DNA of 64,000 nucleotides, from contig OZ059899.1 in the NCBI GenBank assembly GCA_964057225.1, positions 1,984,001-2,048,000 on the forward strand, written 5' to 3'. The DNA comes from Auanema rhodensis. Its lineage: Eukaryota; Animalia; Nematoda. Shown one piece after another: positions 1 to 11,400 of this stretch. The notes below the pieces were generated by a model that saw only the letters and a program-made list of their open reading frames with translations, made no database searches and was not told the DNA's origin. The stretch's first letter is position 1, and each line of letters begins with the position of its first letter. The position numbers were made by a program, and so were the translations under genes.

Positions 1-6
1 ATGCGG

Positions 7-57
7 ATTTTTAAGCTGCGTCGATCTGTGTTATCAGATTTGCGCTAGCTTAAAAAT
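7..57. repeat. Imperfect 51-bp inverted repeat (hairpin A), present in each monomer
   Basis: ATTTTTAAGCT (7-17) / AGCTTAAAAAT (47-57) is a perfect 11-bp pair. Inner pairs are GCG (18-20) / CGC (43-45) and ATCTG (24-28) / CAGAT (35-39), around the loop TGTTAT. Confidence 0.93.
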
Positions 58-74
58 GCACCGAGATATCAACT

Positions 75-96
75 GATATAAGTTCACACTTATATC
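75..96. repeat. Perfect 9-bp inverted repeat with 4-nt loop (hairpin B), present in each monomer
   Basis: GATATAAGT (75-83) - TCAC - ACTTATATC (88-96), flanked by CGAG (62-65) / CTCG (97-100). Confidence 0.93.
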
Positions 97-170
97 CTCG
101 ATTTTCACCCTGAAGAATTAATTTTTTCGTTGAATAACATTGTCCATCGTCTTTGCCTTGAAAAATGGAA

Positions 171-242
171 TCTAAAAACATCTACTTTTTGCTAAATTAT
201 TTTGAAATTTTTCGAAAAAAGTTTTGTCAAAATGTTTTTGGA
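171..242. repeat. A/T-tract-rich imperfect dyad (hairpin C) containing the palindrome TTTTTCGAAAAA
   Basis: TCTAAAAACAT (171-181) / ATGTTTTTGGA (232-242) pair at 10 of 11 positions. Perfect 12-bp palindrome at 208-219. Confidence 0.85.
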
Positions 243-246
243 AGCA

Positions 247-274
247 ATGTTGAGTGTACATGGAAACTCAACAT
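247..274. repeat. Perfect 9-bp inverted repeat with 10-nt loop (hairpin D), present in most monomers
   Basis: ATGTTGAGT (247-255) - GTACATGGAA - ACTCAACAT (266-274). Confidence 0.93.
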
Positions 275-2457
275 ACACTAATGCATCATTTTTCAAACGA
301 TCATAACTAATTTTTGTATCAAGCGTTTCTCAACGTAGTATAGTGCATTCGATGCGGATTTTTAAGCTGCGTCGATCTGTGTTATCAGATTTGCGCTAGC
401 TTAAAAATGCACCGAGATATCAACTGATATAAGTTCACACTTATATCCTCGATTTTCACCCTGAAGAATTGATTTTTTCGTTGAATAACATTGTCCATCG
501 TCTTTGCCTTGGAAAATGAAATCTAAAAACATCTACTTTTTGCTAAATTATTTTGAAATTTTTCGAAAAAATTTTTGTCAAAATGTTTTTGGAAGCAATG
601 TTGAGTGTACATGGAAACTCAACATACACTAATGCATCATTTTTCAAACAATCATAACTAATTTGTGTATTAAGCGTTTCTCAATGTAGTATAGTGCATT
701 CGATGCGGATTTTTAAGCTGCGTCGATCTGTGTGATCAGATTTGCGCTAGCTTAAAAATGCACCGAGATATCAACTGATATAAGTTCACACTTATATCCT
801 CGATTTTCACCCTGAAGAATTGATTTTTTCGTTGAATAACATTGTCTATCGTCTTTGCCTTGAAAAATGGAATCTAAAAACATCTACTTTTTGCTAAATT
901 ATTTTGAAATTTTTCGAAAAAATTTTTGTCAAAATGTTTTTGGAAGCAATGTTGAGTGTACATGGAAACTCAACATACACTAATGCATCATTTTTCAAAC
1001 AATCATAACTAATTTGTGTATTAAGCGTTTCTCAATGTAGTATAGTGCATTCGATGCGGATTTTTAAGCTGCGTCGATCTGTGTTATCAGATTTGCGCTA
1101 GCTTAAAAATGCACCGAGATATCAACTGATATAAGTTCACACTTATATCCTCGATTTTCACCCTGAAGAATTGATTTTTTCGTTGAATAACATTGTCTAT
1201 CGTCTTTGCCTTGAAAAATAGAATCTAAAAACATCTACTTTTTGCTAAATTATTTTGAAATTTTTCGAAAAAATTTTTGTCAAAATGTTTTTGGAAGCAA
1301 TGTTGAGTGTACATGGAAACTCAACATACACTAATGCATCATTTTTCAAACAATCATAACTAATTTGTGTATCAAGCGTTTCTCAATGTAGTATAGTGCA
1401 TTCGATGCGGATTTTTAAGCTGCGTCGATCTGTGTTATCAGATTTGCGCTAGCTTAAAAATGCACCGAGATATCAACTGATATAAGTTCACACTTATATC
1501 CTCGATTTTCACCCTGAAGAATCAATTTTTTCGTTGAATAACATTGTCCATCGTCTTTGCCTTGAAAAATGGAATCTAAAAACATCTACTTTTTGCTAAA
1601 TTATTTTGAAATTTTTCGAAAAAATTTTTGTCAAAATGTTTTTGGAAGCAATGTTGAGTGTACATGGAAACTCAACATACACTAATGCATCATTTTTCAA
1701 ACAATCATAACTAATTTGTGTATCAAACGTTTCTCAATGTAGTATAGTGCATTCGATGCGGATTTTTAAGCTGCGTCGATCTGTGTTATCAGATTTGCGC
1801 TAGCTTAAAAATGCACCGAGATATCAACTGATATAAGTTCACACTTATATCCTCGATTTTCACCCTGAAGAATTGATTTTTTCGTTGAATAACATTGTCC
1901 ATCGTCTTTGCCTTGAAAAATGAAATCTAAAAACATCTACTTTTTGCTAAATTATTTTGAAATTTTTCGAAAAAATTTTTGTCAAAATGTTTTTGGAAGC
2001 AATGTTAAGTGTACATGGAAACTCAACATACACTAATGCATCATTTTTCAAACGATCATAACTAATTTTTGTATTGAGCGTTTCTCAATGTAGTATAGTG
2101 CATTCGATGCGGATTTTTAAGCTGCGTCGATCTGTGTTATCAGATTTGCGCTAGCTTAAAAATGCACCGAGATATCAACTGATATAAGTTCACACTTATA
2201 TCCTCGATTTTCACCCTGAAGAATTAATTTTTTCGTTGAATAACATTGTCCATCGTCTTTGCCTTGAAAAATGGAATCTAAAAACATCTACTTTTTGCTA
2301 AATTATTTTGAAATTTTTCGAAAAAATTTTTGTCAAAATGTTTTTGGAAGCAATGTTGAGTGTACATGGAAACTCAACATACACTAATGCATCATTTTTC
2401 AAACAATCATAACTAATTTGTGTATTAAGCGTTTCTCAATGTAGTATAGTGCATTCG

Positions 2458-5400
2458 ATGCGGATTTTTAAGCTGCGTCGATCTGTGTTATCAGATTTGC
2501 GCTAGCTTAAAAATGCACCGAGATATCAACTGATATAAGTTCACACTTATATCCTCGATTTTCACCCTGAAGAATTAATTTTTTCGTTGAATAACATTGT
2601 CCATCGTCTTTGCCTCGAAAAATGGAATGTAAAAACATCTACTTTTTGCTAAATTATTTTGAAATTTTTCGAAAAAATTTTTGTCAAAATGTTTTTGGAA
2701 GCAATGTTGAGTGTACATGGAAATTCAACATACACTAATGCATCATTTTTCAAACAATCATAACTAATTTGTGTATTAAGCGTTTCTCAATGTAGTATAG
2801 TGCATTCGATGCGGATTTTTAAGCTGCGTCGATCTGTGTTATCAGATTTGCGCTAGCTTAAAAATGCACCGAGATATCAACTGATATAAGTTCACACTTA
2901 TATCCTCGATTTTCACCCTGAAGAATTAATTTTTTCGTTGAATAACATTGTCCATCGTCTTTGCCTCGAAAAATGGAATCTAAAAACATCTACTTTTTGC
3001 TAAATTATTTTGAAATTTTTCGAAAAAATTTTTGTCAAAATGTTTTTGGAAGCAATGTTGAGTGTACATGGAAATTCAACATACACTAATGCATCATTTT
3101 TCAAACAATCATAACTAATTTGTGTATTAAGCGTTTCTCAATGTAGTATAGTGCATTCGATGCGGATTTTTAAGCTGCGTCGATCTGTGTTATCAGATTT
3201 GCGCTAGCTTAAAAATGCACCGAGATATCAACTGATATAAGTTCACACTTATATCCTCGATTTTCACCCTGAAGAATTGATTTTTTCGTTGAATAACATT
3301 GTCTATCGTCTTTGCCTTGAAAAATGGAATCTAAAAACATCTACTTTTTGCTAAATTATTTTGAAATTTTTCGAAAAAATTTTTGTCAAAATGTTTTTGG
3401 AAGCAATGTTGAGTGTACATGGAAACTCAACATACACTAATGCATCATTTTTCAAACGATCATAACTAATTTTTGTATCAAGCGTTTCTCGATGTAGTAT
3501 AGTGCATTCGATGCGGATTTTTAAGCTGCGTCGATCTGTGTTATCAGATTTGCGCTAGCTTAAAAATGCACCGAGATATCAACTGATATAAGTTCACACT
3601 TATATCTTCGATTTTCACCCTGAAGAATTAATTTTTTTGTTGAATAACATTGTCCATCGTCTTTGCCTTAAAAAAGGAATCTAAAAACATCTACTTTTTG
3701 CTAAATTATTTTGAAATTTTTCGAAAAAATTTTTGTCAAAATGTTTTTGGAAGCAATGTTGAGTGTACATGGAAACTCAACATACACTAATGCATCATTT
3801 TTCAAACAATCATAACTAATTTGTGTATCAAGCGTTTCTCAATGTAGTATAGTGCATTCGATGCGGATTTTTAAGCTGCGTCGATCTGTGTTATCAGATT
3901 TGCGCTAGCTTAAAAATGCACCGAGATATCAACTGATATAAGTTCACACTTATATCCTCGATTTTCACCCTGAAGAATTAATTTTTTCGTTGAATAACAT
4001 TGTCCATCGTTTTTGCCTTGAAAAATGGAATCTAAAAACATCTACTTTTTGCTAAATTATTTTGAAATTTTTCGAAAAAATTTTTGTCAAAATGTTTTTG
4101 GAAGCAATGTTGAGTGTACATGGAAACTCAACATACACTAATGCATCATTTTTCAAACAATCATAACTAATTTGTGTATCAAGCGTTTCTCAATGTAGTA
4201 TAGTGCATTCGATGCGGATTTTTAAGCTGCGTCGATCTGTGTTATCAGATTTGCGCTAGCTTAAAAATGCACCGAGATATCAACTGATATAAGTTCACAC
4301 TTATATCCTCGATTTTCACCCTGAAGAATTAATTTTTTCGTTGAATAACATTGTCCATCGTCTTTGCCTTGAAAAATGGAATCTAAAAACATCTACTTTT
4401 TGCTAAATTATTTTGAAATTTTTCGAAAAAATTTTTGTCAAAATGTTTTTGGAAGCAATGTTGAGTGTACATGGAAACTCAACATACACTAATGCATCAT
4501 TTTTCAAACAATCATAACTAATTTGTGTATCAAGCGTTTCTCAACGTAGTATAGTGCATTCGATGCGGATTTTTAAGCTGCGTCGATCTGTGTTATCAGA
4601 TTTGCGCTAGCTTAAAAATGCACCGAGATATCAACTGATATAAGTTCACACTTATATCCTCGATTTTCACCCTGAAGAATTGATTTTTTCGTTGAATAAC
4701 ATTGTCCATCGTTTTTGCCTTGAAAAATGAAATCTAAAAACATCTACTTTTTGCTAAATTATTTTGAAATTTTTCGAAAAAATTTTTGTCAAAATGTTTT
4801 TGGAAGCAATGTTAAGTGTACATGGAAACTCAACATACACTAATGCATCATTTTTCAAACGATCATAACTAATTTTTGTATTGAGCGTTTCTCAATGTAG
4901 TATAGTGCATTCGATGCGGATTTTTAAGCTGCGTCGATCTGTGTTATCAGATTTGCGCTAGCTTAAAAATGCACCGAGATATCAACTGATATAAGTTCAC
5001 ACTTATATCCTCGATTTTCACCCTGAAGAATTAATTTTTTCGTTGAATAACATTGTCCATCGTCTTTGCCTTGAAAAATGGAATCTAAAAACATCTACTT
5101 TTTGCTAAATTATTTTGAAATTTTTCGAAAAAAGTTTTGTCAAAATGTTTTTGGAAGCAATGTTGAGTGTACATGGAAACTCAACATACACTAATGCATC
5201 ATTTTTCAAACGATCATAACTAATTTTTGTATCAAGCGTTTCTCAACGTAGTATAGTGCATTCGATGCGGATTTTTAAGCTGCGTCGATCTGTGTTATCA
5301 GATTTGCGCTAGCTTAAAAATGCACCGAGATATCAACTGATATAAGTTCACACTTATATCCTCGATTTTCACCCTGAAGAATTGATTTTTTCGTTGAATA

Positions 5401-8400
5401 ACATTGTCCATCGTCTTTGCCTTGGAAAATGAAATCTAAAAACATCTACTTTTTGCTAAATTATTTTGAAATTTTTCGAAAAAATTTTTGTCAAAATGTT
5501 TTTGGAAGCAATGTTGAGTGTACATGGAAACTCAACATACACTAATGCATCATTTTTCAAACAATCATAACTAATTTGTGTATTAAGCGTTTCTCAATGT
5601 AGTATAGTGCATTCGATGCGGATTTTTAAGCTGCGTCGATCTGTGTGATCAGATTTGCGCTAGCTTAAAAATGCACCGAGATATCAACTGATATAAGTTC
5701 ACACTTATATCCTCGATTTTCACCCTGAAGAATTGATTTTTTCGTTGAATAACATTGTCTATCGTCTTTGCCTTGAAAAATGGAATCTAAAAACATCTAC
5801 TTTTTGCTAAATTATTTTGAAATTTTTCGAAAAAATTTTTGTCAAAATGTTTTTGGAAGCAATGTTGAGTGTACATGGAAACTCAACATACACTAATGCA
5901 TCATTTTTCAAACAATCATAACTAATTTGTGTATTAAGCGTTTCTCAATGTAGTATAGTGCATTCGATGCGGATTTTTAAGCTGCGTCGATCTGTGTTAT
6001 CAGATTTGCGCTAGCTTAAAAATGCACCGAGATATCAACTGATATAAGTTCACACTTATATCCTCGATTTTCACCCTGAAGAATTGATTTTTTCGTTGAA
6101 TAACATTGTCTATCGTCTTTGCCTTGAAAAATAGAATCTAAAAACATCTACTTTTTGCTAAATTATTTTGAAATTTTTCGAAAAAATTTTTGTCAAAATG
6201 TTTTTGGAAGCAATGTTGAGTGTACATGGAAACTCAACATACACTAATGCATCATTTTTCAAACAATCATAACTAATTTGTGTATCAAGCGTTTCTCAAT
6301 GTAGTATAGTGCATTCGATGCGGATTTTTAAGCTGCGTCGATCTGTGTTATCAGATTTGCGCTAGCTTAAAAATGCACCGAGATATCAACTGATATAAGT
6401 TCACACTTATATCCTCGATTTTCACCCTGAAGAATTAATTTTTTCGTTGAATAACATTGTCCATCGTCTTTGCCTTGAAAAATGGAATCTAAAAACATCT
6501 ACTTTTTGCTAAATTATTTTGAAATTTTTCGAAAAAATTTTTGTCAAAATGTTTTTGGAAGCAATGTTGAGTGTACATGGAAACTCAACATACACTAATG
6601 CATCATTTTTCAAACAATCATAACTAATTTGTGTATCAAACGTTTCTCAATGTAGTATAGTGCATTCGATGCGGATTTTTAAGCTGCGTCGATCTGTGTT
6701 ATCAGATTTGCGCTAGCTTAAAAATGCACCGAGATATCAACTGATATAAGTTCACACTTATATCCTCGATTTTCACCCTGAAGAATTGATTTTTTCGTTG
6801 AATAACATTGTCCATCGTCTTTGCCTTGAAAAATGAAATCTAAAAACATCTACTTTTTGCTAAATTATTTTGAAATTTTTCGAAAAAATTTTTGTCAAAA
6901 TGTTTTTGGAAGCAATGTTAAGTGTACATGGAAACTCAACATACACTAATGCATCATTTTTCAAACGATCATAACTAATTTTTGTATTGAGCGTTTCTCA
7001 ATGTAGTATAGTGCATTCGATGCGGATTTTTAAGCTGCGTCGATCTGTGTTATCAGATTTGCGCTAGCTTAAAAATGCACCGAGATATCAACTGATATAA
7101 GTTCACACTTATATCCTCGATTTTCACCCTGAAGAATTAATTTTTTCGTTGAATAACATTGTCCATCGTCTTTGCCTTGAAAAATGAAATCTAAAAACAT
7201 TTACTTTTTGCTAAATTATTTTGAAATTTTTCGAAAAAATTTTTGTCAAAATGTTTTTGGAAGCAATGTTGAGTGTACATGGAAACTCAACATACACTAA
7301 TGCATCATTTTTCAAACAATCATAACTAATTTGTGTATCAAGCGTTTCTCAATGTAGTATAGTGCATTCGATGCGGATTTTTAAGCTGCGTCGATCTGTG
7401 TTATCAGATTTGCGCTAGCTTAAAAATGCACCGAGATATCAACTGATATAAGTTCACACTTATATCCTCGATTTTCACCCTGAAGAATTAATTTTTTCGT
7501 TGAATAACATTGTCCATCATCTTTGCCTTGAAAAATGGAATCTAAAAACATCTACTTTTTGCTAAATTATTTTGAAATTTTTCGAAAAAATTTTTGTCAA
7601 AATGTTTTTGGAAGCAATGTTGAGTGTACATGGAAACTCAACATACACTAATGCATCATTTTTCAAACAATCATAACTAATTTGTGTATCAAACGTTTCT
7701 CAATGTAGTATAGTGCATTCGATGCGGATTTTTAAGCTGCGTCGATCTGTGTTATCAGATTTGCGCTAGCTTAAAAATGCACCGAGATATCAACTGATAT
7801 AAGTTCACACTTATATCCTCGATTTTCACCCTGAAGAATTGATTTTTTCGTTGAATAACATTGTCCATCGTCTTTGCCTTGAAAAATGAAATCTAAAAAC
7901 ATCTACTTTTTGCTAAATTATTTTGAAATTTTTCGAAAAAATTTTTGTCAAAATGTTTTTGGAAGCAATGTTAAGTGTACATGGAAACTCAACATACACT
8001 AATGCATCATTTTTCAAACGATCATAACTAATTTTTGTATTGAGCGTTTCTCAATGTAGTATAGTGCATTCGATGCGGATTTTTAAGCTGCGTCGATCTG
8101 TGTTATCAGATTTGCGCTAGCTTAAAAATGCACCGAGATATCAACTGATATAAGTTCACACTTATATCCTCGATTTTCACCCTGAAGAATTAATTTTTTC
8201 GTTGAATAACATTGTCCATCGTCTTTGCCTTGAAAAATGAAATCTAAAAACATTTACTTTTTGCTAAATTATTTTGAAATTTTTCGAAAAAATTTTTGTC
8301 AAAATGTTTTTGGAAGCAATGTTGAGTGTACATGGAAACTCAACATACACTAATGCATCATTTTTCAAACGATCATAACTAATATTTGTATCAAGCGTTT

Positions 8401-11400
8401 CTCAACGTAGTATAGTGCATTCGATGCGGATTTTTAAGCTGCGTCGATCTGTGTTATCAGATTTGCGCTAGCTTAAAAATGCACCGAGATATCAACTGAT
8501 ATAAGTTCACACTTATATCCTCGATTTTCACCCTGAAGAATTGATTTTTTCGTTGAATAACATTGTCCATCGTCTTTGCCTTGAAAAATGAAATCTAAAA
8601 ACATCTACTTTTTGCTAAATTATTTTGAAATTTTTCGAAAAAATTTTTGTCAAAATGTTTTTGGAAGCAATGTTAAGTGTACATGGAAACTCAACATACA
8701 CTAATGCATCATTTTTCAAACGATCATAACTAATTTTTGTATTGAGCGTTTCTCAATGTAGTATAGTGCATTCGATGCGGATTTTTAAGCTGCGTCGATC
8801 TGTGTTATCAGATTTGCGCTAGCTTAAAAATGCACCGAGATATCAACTGATATAAGTTCACACTTATATCCTCGATTTTCACCCTGAAGAATTAATTTTT
8901 TCGTTGAATAACATTGTCCATCGTCTTTGCCTTGAAAAATGAAATCTAAAAACATTTACTTTTTGCTAAATTATTTTGAAATTTTTCGAAAAAATTTTTG
9001 TCAAAATGTTTTTGGAAGCAATGTTGAGTGTACATGGAAACTCAACATACACTAATGCATCATTTTTCAAACGATCATAACTAATATTTGTATCAAGCGT
9101 TTCTCAACGTAGTATAGTGCATTCGATGCGGATTTTTAAGCTGCGTCGATCTGTGTTATCAGATTTGCGCTAGCTTAAAAATGCACCGAGATATCAACTG
9201 ATATAAGTTCACACTTATATCCTCGATTTTCACCCTGAAGAATTAATTTTTTCGTTGAATAACATTGTCCATCGTCTTTGCCTTGAAAAATGAAATCTAA
9301 AAACATTTACTTTTTGCTAAATTATTTTGAAATTTTTCGAAAAAATTTTTGTCAAAATGTTTTTGGAAGCAATGTTGAGTGTACATGGAAACTCAACATA
9401 CACTAATGCATCATTTTTCAAACGATCATAACTAATATTTGTATCAAGCGTTTCTCAACGTAGTATAGTGCATTCGATGCGGATTTTTAAGCTGCGTCGA
9501 TCTGTGTTATCAGATTTGCGCTAGCTTAAAAATGCACCGAGATATCAACTGATATAAGTTCACACTTATATCCTCGATTTTCACCCTGAAGAATTGATTT
9601 TTTCGTTGAATAACATTGTCCATCGTCTTTGCTTTGAAAAATGAAATCTAAAAACATCTACTTTTTGCTAAATTATTTTGAAATTTTTCGAAAAAATTTT
9701 TGTCAAAATGTTTTTGGAAGCAATGTTGAGTGTACATGGAAACTCAACATACACTAATGCATCATTTTTCAAACAATCATAACTAATTTGTGTATCAAGC
9801 GTTTCTCAATGTAGTATAGTGCATTCGATGCGGATTTTTAAGCTGCGTCGATCTGTGTTATCAGATTTGCGCTAGCTTAAAAATGCACCGAGATATCAAC
9901 TGATATAAGTTCACACTTATATCCTCGATTTTCACCCTGAAGAATTAATTTTTTCGTTGAATAACATTGTCCATCGTCTTTGCCTTGAAAAATGGAATCT
10001 AAAAACATCTACTTTTTGCTAAATTATTTTGAAATTTTTCGAAAAAATTTTTGTCAAAATGTTTTTGGAAGCAATGTTGAGTGTACATGGAAACTCAACA
10101 TACACTAATGCATCATTTTTCAAACAATCATAACTAATTTGTGTATCAAGCGTTTCTCAATGTAGTATAGTGCATTCGATGCGGATTTTTAAGCTGCGTC
10201 GATCTTTGTTATCAGATTTGCGCTAGCTTAAAAATGCACCGAGATATCAACTGATATAAGTTCACACTTATATCCTCGATTTTCACCCTGAAGAATTGAT
10301 TTTTTCGTTGAATAACATTGTCCATCGTCTTTGCCTTGAAAAATGGAATCTAAAAACATCTACTTTTTGCTAAATTATTTTGAAATTTTTCGAAAAAATT
10401 TTTGTCAAAATGTTTTTGGAAGCAATGTTGAGTGTACATGGAAACTCAACATACACTAATGCATCATTTTTCAAACGATCATAACTAATTTTTGTATCAA
10501 GCGTTTCTCAACGTAGTATAGTGCATTCGATGCGGATTTTTAAGCTGCGTCGATCTGTGTTATCAGATTTGCGCTAGCTTAAAAATGCACCGAGATATCA
10601 ACTGATATAAGTTCACACTTATATCCTCGATTTTCACCCTGAAGAATTGATTTTTTCGTTGAATAACATTGTCCATCGTCTTTGCCTTGAAAAATGGAAT
10701 CTAAAAACATCTACTTTTTGCTAAATTATTTTGAAACTTTTCGAAAAAATTTTTGTCAAAATGTTTTTGGAAGCAATGTTGAGTGTACATGGAAACTCAA
10801 CATACACTAATGCATCATTTTTCAAACAATCATAACTAATTTGTGTATTAAGCGTTTCTCAATGTAGTATAGTGCATTCGATGCGGATTTTTAAGCTGCG
10901 TCGATCTGTGTTATCAGATTTGCGCTAGCTTAAAAATGCACCGAGATATCAACTGATATAAGTTCACACTTATATCCTCGATTTTCACCCTGAAGAATTG
11001 ATTTTTTCGTTGAATAACATTGTCTATCGTCTTTGCCTTGAAAAATAGAATCTAAAAACATCTACTTTTTGCTAAATTATTTTGAAATTTTTCGAAAAAA
11101 TTTTTGTCAAAATGTTTTTGGAAGCAATGTTGAGTGTACATGGAAACTCAACATACACTAATGCATCATTTTTCAAACAATCATAACTAATTTGTGTATC
11201 AAGCGTTTCTCAATGTAGTATAGTGCATTCGATGCGGATTTTTAAGCTGCGTCGATCTGTGTTATCAGATTTGCGCTAGCTTAAAAATGCACCGAGATAT
11301 CAACTGATATAAGTTCACACTTATATCCTCGATTTTCACCCTGAAGAATTAATTTTTTCGTTGAATAACATTGTCCATCGTCTTTGCCTTGAAAAATGGA

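Larger units (their letters stand above)
158..296. repeat. Long-range 10-bp inverted repeat enclosing hairpins C and D
   Basis: TTGAAAAATG (158-167) / CATTTTTCAA (287-296). Confidence 0.8.
1..351 (+). repeat. Representative monomer M1 (phase arbitrary), AT-rich, about 32% GC
   Basis: Hand count gives 113 G+C in 351 bp. Recurrent polymorphic monomer positions: 26, 32, 53, 120, 145, 157, 167/168, 174, 182, 221, 252, 267, 299, 314, 320/321, 332/334. Confidence 0.97.
1..7019 (+). repeat. Six-monomer block M1-M6 (1-2106) repeated as M15-M20 (4914-7019); third copy at M138-M143 (48088-50193)
   Basis: Same ordered markers in each copy: AAAAAAGTTTT; CTTGGAAAA; GTGTGATC+GTCTATC; AAATAGAATC; TATCAAACG; GTTAAGT+ATTGAG. 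Confidence 0.9.

Noticed and set aside
110-144. CTGAAGA matches the hammerhead ribozyme core CUGANGA, followed by GAAT and GTC (some animal satellites encode hammerheads)
   Set aside because: The second core reads GAAT rather than GAAA, stem II pairs poorly, and I find no partner strands for stems I and III in the right register. The minus strand has no CUGANGA. An Infernal search with Rfam hammerhead models on a dimer would settle it.
1-351. Monomer length divisible by 3 (117 codons) and beginning with ATG, suggesting a coding repeat
   Set aside because: The ATG frame stops at codon 5 (TAA at 13-15), and the ORF track shows no frame staying open through monomers. The start phase is only the window edge.
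347-363. TTCG...CGG at the monomer junction resembling a CENP-B box
   Set aside because: The spacing and bases do not fit NTTCGNNNNANNCGGGN.
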